A stretch of DNA of 64,000 nucleotides, from contig OY762654.1 in assembly GCA_963666205.1 (NCBI GenBank), positions 2,016,001 through 2,080,000 of the forward strand. Reading direction: 5' to 3'. A program made the position numbers and the translations under genes. Under the pieces are notes generated by a model that searched no databases, was not told the origin of the DNA, and saw only the letters and a list, made by a program, of their open reading frames with translations. Numbering within the stretch: the first letter of the stretch is position 1; every line of letters starts with the position of its first letter. Source of the stretch: Synergistales bacterium (lineage in GTDB: Bacteria > Synergistota > Synergistia > Synergistales > JAFGMB01). Positions 39,153 to 50,193 of the stretch are shown in pieces.

Positions 39153-40269
39153 ATTCATAAAACGACTGTTCAGCGGAACCATAGGGGTTACCATCTTTTC
39201 CATAGTAATAGCCTTTATTATGGGTGGTGTCATCCTTCTTCTTGCAGGATACAATCCTGTTCAGGTTTACATGGTAATGATAGAGGGTGTTTTCGGAAAG
39301 CCCAAAAATATGGCCTGGTCGGTCATAAAGGCCACACCCCTTATCATCACGGGACTTTCGGTAGCCTTTGCCTTTCGAACGGGGTTATTCAATATCGGTG
39401 CTGAGGGTCAGTTCATTGTGGGTTCTACTGTAGCCGCGCTTTTTGGATATTACCTTAATCTGCCGCCCATTATTCACATACCCCTTGTCTTCGTAGCTGG
39501 TACTCTTGCGGGTGGATGCTGGGGTTCCATAGCCGGTTACCTGAAGGCCCGGTTCGGGATACATGAAGTTATTTCCACAATAATGCTTAACTGGATAGCC
39601 CTTTACGGGCACAACTATGTTGTAGGGATGCCCGGTTTTGCACGAAGGACGAATATTTCCTGTGATATCCAGGATTCAGCGTGTATAACACTTTTTAAAA
39701 ACTGGAAGTTTTCCGAAGCTGGAAGGACCTGGTTCGGAGCACATCCGATTCTGAGGGATATCTTCAAGACTCCTCTTAATTCAGGTTTCCTGGTGGCAGT
39801 CCTTCTCGTTATCCTTGTCTGGTATATCCTTAACAGGACTACCCTGGGATATCGGTTGAGGGCAGTAGGTTTCAATAAGGATGCGGCAGAGTTCGGCGGT
39901 ATAAATGTAAAAAAGAGCATAGTACTTTCCATGTTCATTGCTGGAATGCTCGGAGGTGCAGCTGGTGCTCTCCAGGTAATGGGAGTGGCCAGAAATATTT
40001 CGACCCTTGCGGCAATGGAGGGATACGGATTCGACGGCATAGCCATTGCACTAATCGGCAACAATTCAGCCTTCGGATGTCTTTTTGCCGGACTGCTCTT
40101 CGGAGCTCTTAAATTCGGAGGGGCCAGGATCCAGTCTCCCCCTGTCAGGGCTCCCATGGAAATAATCAACATAATGATAGGAACAATTGTATTTTTTATT
40201 GCCATTCCAAGGCTCATAAGAATGATCATAATATGGAGGGACAGGAGGAAAGGTGATGGCGATGCTTAA
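39145..40269 (+). CDS. Nucleoside ABC transporter permease
   Basis: GLFNIGAEGQ, HEVISTIMLN and GYGFDGIAIAL motifs. Confidence 0.9.
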   Translation: MGKFIKRLFSGTIGVTIFSIVIAFIMGGVILLLAGYNPVQVYMVMIEGVFGKPKNMAWSVIKATPLIITGLSVAFAFRTGLFNIGAEGQFIVGSTVAALFGYYLNLPPIIHIPLVFVAGTLAGGCWGSIAGYLKARFGIHEVISTIMLNWIALYGHNYVVGMPGFARRTNISCDIQDSACITLFKNWKFSEAGRTWFGAHPILRDIFKTPLNSGFLVAVLLVILVWYILNRTTLGYRLRAVGFNKDAAEFGGINVKKSIVLSMFIAGMLGGAAGALQVMGVARNISTLAAMEGYGFDGIAIALIGNNSAFGCLFAGLLFGALKFGGARIQSPPVRAPMEIINIMIGTIVFFIAIPRLIRMIIIWRDRRKGDGDA

Positions 40270-41194
40270 TTCCCTCGGTTTTATCCTTGGGACCACCCTT
40301 ATGTATGCTACACCCCTCCTTTTTACTTCACTTGGCGGGGTTATGTCGGAAAATTCCGGTGTCGTGAACATAGGCCTTGAAGGGATGATGACCTTCGGTG
40401 CTTTTGCTGGGGCGACAGTAGGCTATTATTCCGGGAATCCCTGGCTGGGATTCCTGGCGGGCGGTTTTGCCTCCGGGTTCCTGGGATTCCTCCATGCCCT
40501 GGCATGTGTTACCTTTGCAGCAAACCAGGTGGTTTCGGGGATAGCCATAAATTTCCTTGGTCCGGGTCTGGCCCTTTTCCTGAGCCGCAAATTCTTTGAT
40601 GGGGCTACCATGACCTATAACCTTCCCATAGAGATGAAGATGCCGAAGTATTTCAATAACATGCTTCCTGAGGGGACATTTGCAAGGCAGGTCCTTAACC
40701 AGGATATTTCAGTATTTATGGCCTTTGCCCTCGTTCTCCTTATCTGGTTCGTCCTCTACAGGACCAAGCTGGGGCTGCGTATAAGAGCAGTGGGAGAACA
40801 CCCGAAGGCGGCAGATACGCTGGGAGTTAATGTTTCCAGGATCCGATATCTCTGTGTTATTCTCTCTGGAGTCTTTGCAGGTTTTGGGGGAGCTTCCATG
40901 AGTCTGGCGGTGGCTTCCAATTTTTTCCAGACTCTAATATCAGGTCAGGGTTTTATTGCCCTGGCAGCTATGATCTTCGGGAAATGGAAGCCCCATGGTG
41001 CAATGGTTGCCTGCCTTATTTTCGGCTGTGCCCAGGCTATGACAATATTTATCGGTGGAACAGGTCTCAGGATCCCGCAGGAGTTCCTTTCCATGGCTCC
41101 CTATATTCTAACCCTGGTTATTCTTATGGGATTCGTTGGAAGAGCTGTCGCACCTGCTTCAGACGGTATTCCCTATATCAAGGATGAAAGCTGA
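40253..41194 (+). CDS. Nucleoside ABC transporter permease
   Basis: [25 protein letters not shown] and [13 protein letters not shown] motifs. Confidence 0.9.
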   Translation: MMAMLNSLGFILGTTLMYATPLLFTSLGGVMSENSGVVNIGLEGMMTFGAFAGATVGYYSGNPWLGFLAGGFASGFLGFLHALACVTFAANQVVSGIAINFLGPGLALFLSRKFFDGATMTYNLPIEMKMPKYFNNMLPEGTFARQVLNQDISVFMAFALVLLIWFVLYRTKLGLRIRAVGEHPKAADTLGVNVSRIRYLCVILSGVFAGFGGASMSLAVASNFFQTLISGQGFIALAAMIFGKWKPHGAMVACLIFGCAQAMTIFIGGTGLRIPQEFLSMAPYILTLVILMGFVGRAVAPASDGIPYIKDES

Positions 41195-41205
41195 GGTTTC
41201 CGGTT

Positions 41206-42534
41206 ATGAGAATGTATGACGTCATAATGAAAAAAAGAGAGGGTGGAGAACTCTCCACAGAGGAAATAAATTTCTTTATACAGGGTTATACAAAGGGAGA
41301 TATACCGGATTACCAGGTCTCTGCCCTTATGATGGCCATTTACTTCAGGGGGATGAATAAAAGGGAAACAGCTGACCTCACCATGGCTATGGTAAACAGC
41401 GGCCAGGTTATGAAGCTTGCCTCTATAGAAGGGAAAAAGGTTGATAAACACAGTACTGGAGGGGTAGGGGACAAGACATCCCTCGTCCTGACAGCAATGG
41501 TGGCCGCAGCAGGAGTTCCGGTGGCAAAAATGTCCGGCCGCGGTCTTGGCCATACGGGAGGCACAATAGATAAGCTTGAATCTTTCCCCGGTTTCACTGT
41601 GACCATGACTCCAGAAAAATTTCTTGATAATGTGAGGGAACATGGAATAGCGATCGGTGGACAGACCTCCGATCTTGCTCCGGCGGATAAAAAACTTTAT
41701 GCACTCAGGGATGTTACCGCAACAGTAGATAATCTTTCCTTAATAGCCAGCAGCATAATGAGCAAAAAGATAGCAGGAGGAGCCGATGCAATTGTCCTTG
41801 ACGTCAAGACAGGAAGCGGAGCCTTTATGAAGGAGCTGGATAGCTCCTTTGCCCTTGCCCGTGAGATGGTTGATATAGGTTGTAACGTGGGTAGGGATAC
41901 CGTGGCTGTGGTGACAGATATGGATCAGCCCCTGGGTTTCGCGGTTGGCAATATCCTTGAAGTCAGGGAAGCCATTGAGACGCTGCATGGCAATGGTCCC
42001 TCTGATCTTACCCGGCTTTGTATGACCCTGGGTTCGCACATGCTGGTTCTCGGAGGACTTGCTTCGAAGACAGATGAAGCATGGTCTGTACTGGAGGAGA
42101 TAATATCTTCAGGAAAGGGGCTTGCCAAACTCAAAGAATTTGTAAAGGCCCAGGGAGGAGATCCAGCTCCGGTGGATGATCCTTCCCTTTTCCCTGGTGC
42201 CCGTTTAATAAACGATCTTACAGCAGTAAAGTCAGGTTACGTTAAACGGTTAAGGGCAGATCTCATAGGAAAAGCTTCCCTGATCCTCGGAGCTGGAAGA
42301 GAAACAAAGGAGAGTACCATAGATCTCATGGTTGGTATGGTCCTGCACAAAAAGATCGGAGATCATGTAACGAAAAATGAATCTCTTGCAACAGTCTATG
42401 CCAATGATGAAAAAAGAATGAAAGAAGCTTTACCCATTATCCGGGAGGCATTTTGTATTGTTCCGGAAAAGGTAGAGCCTGATATCCTGATCAAGGGAAC
42501 AGTACATAAGAATTCGGAAGAAAGATTCCAGTAA
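41206..42534 (+). CDS. pdp: Pyrimidine-nucleoside phosphorylase
   Basis: [30 protein letters not shown] and [11 protein letters not shown] motifs. Confidence 0.95.
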   Translation: MRMYDVIMKKREGGELSTEEINFFIQGYTKGDIPDYQVSALMMAIYFRGMNKRETADLTMAMVNSGQVMKLASIEGKKVDKHSTGGVGDKTSLVLTAMVAAAGVPVAKMSGRGLGHTGGTIDKLESFPGFTVTMTPEKFLDNVREHGIAIGGQTSDLAPADKKLYALRDVTATVDNLSLIASSIMSKKIAGGADAIVLDVKTGSGAFMKELDSSFALAREMVDIGCNVGRDTVAVVTDMDQPLGFAVGNILEVREAIETLHGNGPSDLTRLCMTLGSHMLVLGGLASKTDEAWSVLEEIISSGKGLAKLKEFVKAQGGDPAPVDDPSLFPGARLINDLTAVKSGYVKRLRADLIGKASLILGAGRETKESTIDLMVGMVLHKKIGDHVTKNESLATVYANDEKRMKEALPIIREAFCIVPEKVEPDILIKGTVHKNSEERFQ

Positions 42535-42550
42535 AAGGAGCAGATAAGCC

Positions 42551-43204
42551 ATGGATATCAATCAGTATATCGATCATACTCTTCTCAAGGCGGATGCAAC
42601 TGAGGAGCAGGTAAAGAAACTCTGCCAGGAGGCCAGGGAATACAAATTTGCTTCGGTATGTGTCAACCCCTGCCATACGGAGCTGGTCAAGGAAGAGCTC
42701 AAGGGTTCTGATGTCAGAACATGTATTGTAGTCGGATTTCCCCTGGGTGCCAATATGCCGGAAGTCAAGGCTTTTGAAGCCATGAAAGCTGTAGAGAAGG
42801 GCGCATCCGAGATCGATATGGTAATGAATATAGGTGCTCTCAAGGAAGGAGATCTCAGCCTTGTCAGGAGGGACGTAAGATCACTGGTTCAGACAGTTGG
42901 CGAGTGGGCTACCGTCAAAGTGATCATAGAATGCTGTCTTCTGACCGATGATGAAAAGAAAAAAGCGTGTGAGATAGCTGTGGAATCAGGGGCTCATTAT
43001 GTGAAGACATCCACGGGGTTCAGTTCCGGCGGTGCTACAGTGGAAGATGTAAGGCTTATGAAAGAAACCGTTGGAGATAAAGCAAAGATAAAGGCTGCCG
43101 GAGGAATTCGGACCCTCGGTCAGGTTCTTGCCATGATAGAAGCAGGTGCGGACAGGATAGGAGCGAGTGCCGGAGTTTCAATTATGAAAGAATTCAGCCG
43201 GTAG
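42551..43204 (+). CDS. deoC: Deoxyribose-phosphate aldolase
   Basis: IDHTLLK, VGFPLGA, EIDMVMN, VKTSTGF and KAAGGIR motifs. Confidence 0.95.
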   Translation: MDINQYIDHTLLKADATEEQVKKLCQEAREYKFASVCVNPCHTELVKEELKGSDVRTCIVVGFPLGANMPEVKAFEAMKAVEKGASEIDMVMNIGALKEGDLSLVRRDVRSLVQTVGEWATVKVIIECCLLTDDEKKKACEIAVESGAHYVKTSTGFSSGGATVEDVRLMKETVGDKAKIKAAGGIRTLGQVLAMIEAGADRIGASAGVSIMKEFSR

Positions 43205-43236
43205 TTCCTGCATAAGCCTTTGCTAAGGGTAACGCA

Positions 43237-43268
43237 CAAAGATCGGGAAGCTTGCTTCCCGATCTTTG
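43237..43268 (+). terminator. Terminator-like hairpin
   Basis: CAAAGATCGGGAAG / CTTCCCGATCTTTG stem. Confidence 0.7.
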
Positions 43269-43342
43269 CTTATGCAGAAGGAAAATATTGTAAAAAGGAT
43301 TACAGTATGGTCAGCAAGTTTATAACATGGAGGTAGTGAGAG

Positions 43343-43795
43343 ATGAAGAGATATATAGTAGCAGTTGTTCTGGTAGCTTTAGTGCTTGCCGCGGGCGCAG
43401 CATTTGCCCATGGTGACATGTGGAATAGGGGTCACGGCGGAAACAGCTGTCCAGGAGGCAGGGCCCTTCCATTCATGGGGCAGGGAGGTTCAGGAACGTA
43501 TGGTTCCCAGGGAGATGTGGATCATCACATGAGGACGGAAGGACATTGGCATGGATATTCCAATCGGGGTAGAGGATGGAACAATTCAAGGTTTCCCAGG
43601 GAAATAACTGATAAAATGACCGAAATACAGAAACTCCAGCTGGATATGAGAAGGGAAATGCTGGAAGAAAAGCCTGACATTGAACTTCTAAGGGAACTTC
43701 ACGGAAAAATGCAGAAAATTCGAAATGAGATGGCTGACTGGCATTTCAATCAATATCTTGAAAGCCTCAATGAAAGGGAAACATCCAAACAGTAA
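43343..43795 (+). CDS. Periplasmic Spy/CpxP/ZraP-like protein
   Basis: Signal peptide (AAFA|HG), Gly/His-rich N-region, and a helical C-region with PD.E.LREL...MQKIR. Confidence 0.6.
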   Translation: MKRYIVAVVLVALVLAAGAAFAHGDMWNRGHGGNSCPGGRALPFMGQGGSGTYGSQGDVDHHMRTEGHWHGYSNRGRGWNNSRFPREITDKMTEIQKLQLDMRREMLEEKPDIELLRELHGKMQKIRNEMADWHFNQYLESLNERETSKQ

Positions 43796-43816
43796 AAACA
43801 CAATAGCCTCATAGTT

Positions 43817-43850
43817 GGACCCGGATCCAGCTGGGTCCGGGTTCTTTTCT
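43817..43850 (+). terminator. Intrinsic terminator
   Basis: GGACCCGGATCC / GGGTCCGGGTTC stem plus a T-rich tail. Confidence 0.65.
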
Positions 43851-44055
43851 TATCACAAATGGATGATTTGCATATTCTTGTTGACAAACATGCTAACCAT
43901 GATAAGCTCTCTGGAACTTTGTAAAATAATCAGCATGTAAGGATCTTCTGAGCATACCATTATATGGCATGCTTGCACCTCAATAGATGGGTCTCACCCA
44001 TTGCAGCGGGGCGGGGCCCCCATTTTATTTTTTACTTTTGCGGGGGAATTTTGTT

Positions 44056-44979
44056 ATGGACCAGAAGGGCAGTTTTTCTTATGTAGATCTTGTGCTAGTT
44101 GTTAACGGTTTTATCTGGGGTATTAACCCTCCTATAATGAAGGTAGGTCTTCAGTATTTTCCTCCGAGTACCTATAACATGGTCCGCCTGTTCTTTGCCC
44201 TTCTTCTTTCCCTGTTCCTTGTATGGAAATACAATACAGGGAAAAAAGTTGAACCTCAGGATCGAAAGAAACTTCTCATAATAGGTTTTCTTGGATTTAC
44301 CATTTTTCAGGTATGTTTTGCCTATGGAGTAAAGATGACCACCGCGGGAAACGCTTCTCTGATCCTCAGTCTGGTCCCAATAAGTGTGGCGGCCATAAGC
44401 TGGTTTGCAATGGGTGAAAGGATCCGTCCTGCCACTCTCCTGGGTATTCTTTTTTCAGTGGTGGGAGTTGCATTTATCGTAGCCGGTTCTGGCAATGGGA
44501 TAAGCCTTAAAAGCAGGGACTTTCTTGGGGTGATCCTTATAATTGGCGCCCAGATATCCTTCGCTTTTTACATGGTCTATTCCAGGCCCTTTCTTCAGAA
44601 ATATTCCCTTCATCAGGTAACTGCATGGATCATCAGTTCAGCATGTGTTGTTTTTCTTGGTCTTTCGTATAAAGAACTTATCAATCTTGACTGGTCATCC
44701 ATTCCACTTTCTGCCTGGGTCAGCGCCCTCTATTCGGGTACCTTCGCACTTTGTGTCGGAAATATTCTGTGGAGCTGGGGCATAAAAAGACTTGGAAGTA
44801 CCAGGACAGCTATCTATAACAACCTTCCCCCTGTTTTTTCGATCCTTACAGGCTGTCTCTTCCTTGGAGAACCCTTTGGTCTGCTCCAGACTGCAGGTGC
44901 ACTGCTTATTTTTACAGGTCTGTATGCCAGTCGCCTTAAATTTGAATGGAATACAACTTTATTGAAAAGACAGCAGTAA
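44056..44979 (+). CDS. DMT/EamA family transporter
   Basis: About 10 TM segments with two EamA repeats (IWG.N, TTAGNASLI, FLGEPF). Confidence 0.88.
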   Translation: MDQKGSFSYVDLVLVVNGFIWGINPPIMKVGLQYFPPSTYNMVRLFFALLLSLFLVWKYNTGKKVEPQDRKKLLIIGFLGFTIFQVCFAYGVKMTTAGNASLILSLVPISVAAISWFAMGERIRPATLLGILFSVVGVAFIVAGSGNGISLKSRDFLGVILIIGAQISFAFYMVYSRPFLQKYSLHQVTAWIISSACVVFLGLSYKELINLDWSSIPLSAWVSALYSGTFALCVGNILWSWGIKRLGSTRTAIYNNLPPVFSILTGCLFLGEPFGLLQTAGALLIFTGLYASRLKFEWNTTLLKRQQ

Positions 44980-45129
44980 AATTCTGTTCAGGCATCTTTT
45001 CCTATTTTATCATACAGCATATGTTCTGGTGATTGACAGTAACCATTACTCCCTTTAGTCTTTTAGTGATATATGATTTTATGAATTTCCAGGTCTCTGG
45101 TTTCGGCCGTCAATGAAGGGAGATAACCC

Positions 45130-46735
45130 ATGCGTAGATCTTTCCTGTTCGATACCGTCATAAAAAATGCCCGAATAGTTGATGGCGCCCGTACACCCTG
45201 GTTTCGCGGAGATGTGGGAATACAGAACGGCAGAATATCCTTTGTAGGAAATCTAAGGGATTACCGGGCCGTTGAAACCATTGATGCCCATGGGAGGATC
45301 CTTTCCCCGGGTTTTATTGATATACATACCCACTGCGATTTCAGTTTTTTTTCAGATCCATGCCTTTTCTCCAAAGTTCTTCAGGGAGTGACCACGATCG
45401 CCATAGGACAGTGCGGCATTAGCCCCGCACCCATATTTCCCGACAAGATCCCTCTCCTTGACAGCTATTCGGGTTTCATACAGGGAGGGACTGATCCTCT
45501 CTGGTCATGGAGAACCTTTGGGGAATGGCTTTCCACCCTTGAATCGTTACGGCCTGGTGTTAACGTTTTTTCCTTTGTCGGCCATGGAACTATAAGGCTT
45601 AATGTAATGGGTTTCGAAAATCGTACCCCTTCTGATTCAGAGTTACAGCAGATGAAGGCCCTGCTTCACCATTCCATGGAAGAAGGTGCCTTTGGAATGA
45701 GCAGCGGGCTGATCTACCCTCCGGGGGTCTATACAACCCCGGAAGAACTTATGGAAGTTGCTGAACCACTGAAGGAATACCGTGGACTTTACCTTTCCCA
45801 TATTAGAAACGAATCTTCTGGAATGCTTGATTCAGTAGCCGAAACGATAAAATTGTCCGAGCATGTAAAGATCCCGGTCCAGATACACCATTTGAAGGTT
45901 TGTGGCAGGCCTAACTGGGGATTGGTGGACAAAGCTCTTGATATGATTGAGGAGGCCCGCAGCCGAGGTATTGATATCACTGCCGATATGTATCCATACA
46001 TTGCTACAAGTACCACCCTGAGGACCATTCTTCCTCCCTGGGTTCAGGAGGATGGAATTGACGGCATTGTACGTTTACTGGAAAACACAGACAGCAGGGA
46101 TCAAATAGTTCAGGAGATCCTTTCGGGCGGACAAGTGGAAAACATCATTCGTAACTGCAACGGGCCCGAGAATATCCTAATCCTTGATACGCCGCAGACA
46201 CCTCAAATGGAGGGTAAAACACTGCGGGAAGCATCGAAAATAATGGGGCTCAGGCCTGTAGAAACTGCCCTTGAGATAATTTCAAGAAACAGAGGAAGTG
46301 ATACCTGTTGTTTCTTCGAAATGTGCGAAAAGGACGTGGTTTCGGTCCTTTCCCATCCTCTTACCATGATAGGTTCAGATTCGAGTCCCTCCGGCTCGGG
46401 GGGCGAAGTGTCATCCCCGGACCAATGGTACCTTCTCCCGAATTCTTAATAAATATGTAAGGCAAGAAAAGATTCTTTCCCTGGAGGATGCTGTCTGGAA
46501 AATGACAGGGTTTCCGGCCACCAGGGCAGGATTATCGACGAAGGGTTTTGTAAAAGAGGGTATGGATGCCGATCTTATCCTTTTCGATCCGGAATCAGTA
46601 AAGGAAAATGCCGATTTTACCAACCCTGAAAATTATTCCGAAGGAATAGACGAGATGTTTATTAATGGCAGAAGGGTGGTCAGGGAAGGAGTTCCCACAG
46701 GAGTGAGGGCTGGGAAGATCCTTCGCAGACAATAG
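45130..46735 (+). pseudogene. N-acyl-D-amino-acid deacylase (D-aminoacylase family) interrupted by a +1 frameshift
   Basis: PGFIDIHTHCD, SSGLIYPPG, SHIRNE and GSDS motifs in one frame. AKCHPRTNGTFSRIL...KMTGFPA...DADLILFDP continues in the next frame after the G6 run at 46398-46403. Confidence 0.85.
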
Positions 46736-46857
46736 GCCCAGCTTCCTGTTTTCAGTTAAAAGACAGGCTTGACGAAAATCGAATTATGGTTACACTGAAC
46801 ATTGGTCATTCATGAAATGTTGAAAATCCAGGAATGATCCAATCGAATATTTTATGG

Positions 46858-46995
46858 TAGCAGGATAAGGAAGCCGGTGAAAATCCGGCACAGCCCCGCT
46901 ACGGTAAGGATGACAAAGCGCTCAAATTGCCACTGGGAAGAAACCTGGGAAGGCGAGTGTGGAGGATGAATCCGAGTCCGGATACTTATCTGTTA
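46858..46995 (+). ncRNA. Cobalamin riboswitch
   Basis: AAGGAAGCCGGTGAAAATCCGGCACAGCCCCGCTACGGTAA, GCCACTGGG...GGGAAGGC and GAGTCCGGATAC cores. Lies directly upstream of a TonB-dependent receptor/ABC operon. Confidence 0.88.
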
Positions 46996-47046
46996 ACGTG
47001 CAAGAAACTTTTCACGAGGGTTGGAAAGTGCTTTTTTTGTTACTTG

Positions 47047-47079
47047 AAAGGCAGACCTGGTGAGGTCTGCCTTTTCTTT
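47047..47079 (+). terminator. Leader terminator (riboswitch expression platform)
   Basis: 12-bp stem AAAGGCAGACCT / AGGTCTGCCTTT plus a T-rich tail before the receptor RBS. Confidence 0.75.
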
Positions 47080-47135
47080 ATCCAGGTAGCATCAATAGCC
47101 CTTCCTGTTTGTAATTTTCTTATTTCCAAGGAGGA

Positions 47136-49013
47136 GTGAATGTGTTTAGAAAGTCTTTGTTCGTTATCCTGATTATTTCCATGGTTATTGTTGCAGGAAG
47201 TGTTTCTCCAGTCACGGCAGAGGATGTCGTTACTGTCGAAAAGGAAGTGGTTACCGGCTCCAGGATATATACAGATCTTGCCGAAGTGCCCGCAGCGACC
47301 TACGTACTAGACAGGGAAACTATCGAAAAGAGCGGGGCATCCGGATTAAGTGAACTGCTTTCACAGATTCCCGGTATTTCTACCAGGAGCCGTGCAGGAA
47401 ACACACAGGGAGAATTCGTAGAGATGCGTGGATTAACAACGGAAATGCTTATCCTCGTTGATGGGATCCCCTATTACAGAACAAGCCACGTGGCTGGTGC
47501 AGCGGCAGTTGACCTGAGATCACTTCCCATAGAGAACATTGATCGTATCGAAGTTGTAAAGGGAGCAGGATCATCTGTTTATGGTTCAATGGCTGCTGCG
47601 GGTGTAATAAATATAGTTACAGGAAGATCTGACCAGACCCAGGCCAGTGTAATTGCAGAAGGGGGAAGTAATGAATGGAAAAGAGGTTCTTTTCAGGCCT
47701 CAATCGCCGGGGATATGATAAATGGGAGAGTCTGGTACTCACACAAGGAAGAAGGAGAATCTCCTCTGCTTTCCTATTCCGGTGCAGCGGGTGAATTTGA
47801 AAACAGAAATCTTGACTATGAAAATGATTCGGGAGGTTTTTCTCTAAATAGCGGGTCATGGGAAATATCTGCCGTGTGGGGTAGCTATTCTTCAGAATGG
47901 ACTTATGGTAACGATCCCGAAGAACAGGAGAATGACTTCTCCCGTTACATTCTTAAATACCAGGAAGGCAACAATCGCTTTCTCCTGTATCTTGATGACC
48001 AGGAACAGGATGTCTTTCAGTACGGAAGCTGGACCAATGTGGATGATCAGGCCTGGGGAGCTGAATATTCCCGTAATACCTTCTGGAAAGAAGCGTTGAT
48101 ATCCTGGGGGATAGCCTACAGGAACGAGCAAATGACCTACGACCTTGATGCATGGTTCATAAACTATGACAGATCAAGAACTAATTACGCACCCTTCGCG
48201 GAAGTCTCAATTCCTGTTGGAGATCTTGTCATGGACCTCGGGCTCAGATACGAGAACTGGGATCAGAATGATGCCGATGATTATCAGGAACTGATACCGC
48301 ACATCTCTTTCAGTTATCAGACCATCGGCGGAAGCCTCTGGTATCTTTCTGCAGGCCGCTTTTTCGCCATGCCGAGTCTGTATGAACTTTCATATTTCGA
48401 CAACTGGATCGCAACGGAGCCTAATTTATCTCTCGAGCCTGAGGACGGCTGGAGTTACGAAATGGGATTCAAGGGAAGAAATGAAAAGGGCAGCTGGAAT
48501 GTGGGACTTTTTTATCTGGAAATGGATAACAGGATAGATATTCTTCCGGATTACTCCCAATATGTTAACCTTGCAGAATTCAGGTCCTGGGGAATAGAAT
48601 CATCGAGGAGCTGGAGGATCTCACCTCTCTGGGAGTTTGCCCTTGGAATTACATGGATGGAGGCAGAAGAAAAGGAAACTTCAGAAAGCTCCTGGATAAA
48701 AGGCGGTACTCCCAAGTGGGATATGAATGCAGCCCTGGCCTATAAGAAAGGACCATTCTCCGGGAAACTGCAGTTGAATTATCTGGGAGACAGGGAAGAT
48801 GAAAGGGAAGGAATAGGTTCTCTTTCCCAGGAAGATGTAGTTACGGTGGATGCATTGATGCAATGGGAAACTGATGCAGGCATCTTCATCCTTTCGGGCT
48901 ACAACATTCTGGATGAGGAATATTACCTGCAGGATTATACAAGTTGGGGGACTACCACCCGGTATTACGGCCAGGAAGCAAGATATTATGTTACCTGGAA
49001 ATATAAATTCTGA
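47136..49013 (+). CDS. btuB: TonB-dependent receptor, BtuB-like (cobalamin)
   Basis: Signal peptide, VVTGSR, plug motifs LILVDGIP and IDRIEVVKGAGSSVYG...GVINIVT, and a C-terminal Phe. Under the cobalamin riboswitch. Confidence 0.8.
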   Translation: MNVFRKSLFVILIISMVIVAGSVSPVTAEDVVTVEKEVVTGSRIYTDLAEVPAATYVLDRETIEKSGASGLSELLSQIPGISTRSRAGNTQGEFVEMRGLTTEMLILVDGIPYYRTSHVAGAAAVDLRSLPIENIDRIEVVKGAGSSVYGSMAAAGVINIVTGRSDQTQASVIAEGGSNEWKRGSFQASIAGDMINGRVWYSHKEEGESPLLSYSGAAGEFENRNLDYENDSGGFSLNSGSWEISAVWGSYSSEWTYGNDPEEQENDFSRYILKYQEGNNRFLLYLDDQEQDVFQYGSWTNVDDQAWGAEYSRNTFWKEALISWGIAYRNEQMTYDLDAWFINYDRSRTNYAPFAEVSIPVGDLVMDLGLRYENWDQNDADDYQELIPHISFSYQTIGGSLWYLSAGRFFAMPSLYELSYFDNWIATEPNLSLEPEDGWSYEMGFKGRNEKGSWNVGLFYLEMDNRIDILPDYSQYVNLAEFRSWGIESSRSWRISPLWEFALGITWMEAEEKETSESSWIKGGTPKWDMNAALAYKKGPFSGKLQLNYLGDREDEREGIGSLSQEDVVTVDALMQWETDAGIFILSGYNILDEEYYLQDYTSWGTTTRYYGQEARYYVTWKYKF

Positions 49014-49065
49014 AATTAAGGTGAAAAGAACTTAAAGAGCTTTTTCCGGAAGGAATGTCATTTTT

Positions 49066-50193
49066 TTGAAATTTATTAAAAAGTATCTGGTCTTTACTGC
49101 CCTGGTTCTTGTATGTCTGTTTTTAACTCTTGATACTGGTCCGGCCCTTTCTCTGGAGGGCCGGCTCTCCATTGAGCATGCACAGGGTTTCGATGTGGAG
49201 TATCACGAAGGGTACATTATTCTTACTGTTTACGAACCATGGCCGGGTGCCGCGGAAACGATCCGGTACGTACTGCTGGAAAGGGGTAAGACTCCTCCCG
49301 ATGGTTTCAGGGAAGAAAATATAATAGAAACACCCCTTCAAAGCTGCGTTTCCACCACGACTGTCAACCTTGTCTTTATGAAAGAACTGGGTGTTCTTGC
49401 TACGCTTATCGGTCAGGGTGGTAAAAGATATGTCTACGACCCGTCTCCCTCCGTGGAAGACCTTCCTGAGATCGGTACCGGGGCCGATCTTGACCTGGAA
49501 AAGCTTCTCGAGCTCTCTCCCGAGGTGATCTTTGCCTATTCCTATTCTTCTTCAGAGAGAGATGTTCTGCACCAGTTGCAGAGAATGGGCCTGAAAGTGG
49601 TCCTTATGAGTGAGTATCTTGAAAATTCTCCCCTCGGAAGAGCAGAGTGGGTCAAGTTCCTTTCATTCTTCTTTGATAGAACTTCCGAAGCAGAAAAGAT
49701 CTTCCATCGGGTAAGTCAAAGATATGACGAATTGGCTGATATGGGGAGATCTATGGACAAAAAACCTGTTATCTTCTCAAATATGGCCTATAACGGGGTC
49801 TGGTATGTGCCTGGTGGGGGCAACTGGGTAGCACAGCTTTTCAGAGATGCCGGTGGGGAGTATCCGTGGTCTGGAGATCCTTCAGAAGGAAGCCTTGCCC
49901 TGGATCTCGAGACAGTGCTTATGAATGCTTCAAATGCAGATATCTGGCTTAATCCCGGTGGATGTAATACTCTTGAGGAACTGAAGAAAATAGATGACAG
50001 ATATGGTCTGTTCAAAGCCTTCAGGACAGGAGAAATATATACCCCTGCCAGGAGAGTGGATCTTCGCGGAGGGAACGACTATCATCAAAGGGGAGTATTG
50101 CATCCCGAAGAGATACTGGAAGATCTGCTGGCCATCATGCATCCCGGACTCTTTCCGGAATATAAAATGATGTATTATAAAAAACTGGATTGA
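49066..50193 (+). CDS. Cobalamin/iron-chelate ABC substrate-binding protein (BtuF-like)
   Basis: DLEKLLELSPEVI, EYLENSPLGRAEWVKF and HPE.ILEDL..I.HP motifs. Confidence 0.85.
   Translation: MKFIKKYLVFTALVLVCLFLTLDTGPALSLEGRLSIEHAQGFDVEYHEGYIILTVYEPWPGAAETIRYVLLERGKTPPDGFREENIIETPLQSCVSTTTVNLVFMKELGVLATLIGQGGKRYVYDPSPSVEDLPEIGTGADLDLEKLLELSPEVIFAYSYSSSERDVLHQLQRMGLKVVLMSEYLENSPLGRAEWVKFLSFFFDRTSEAEKIFHRVSQRYDELADMGRSMDKKPVIFSNMAYNGVWYVPGGGNWVAQLFRDAGGEYPWSGDPSEGSLALDLETVLMNASNADIWLNPGGCNTLEELKKIDDRYGLFKAFRTGEIYTPARRVDLRGGNDYHQRGVLHPEEILEDLLAIMHPGLFPEYKMMYYKKLD

Noticed and set aside
46927-47139. 70-aa ORF upstream of the TonB-dependent receptor
   Set aside because: It overlaps the cobalamin riboswitch and its terminator, so this is a non-coding leader.
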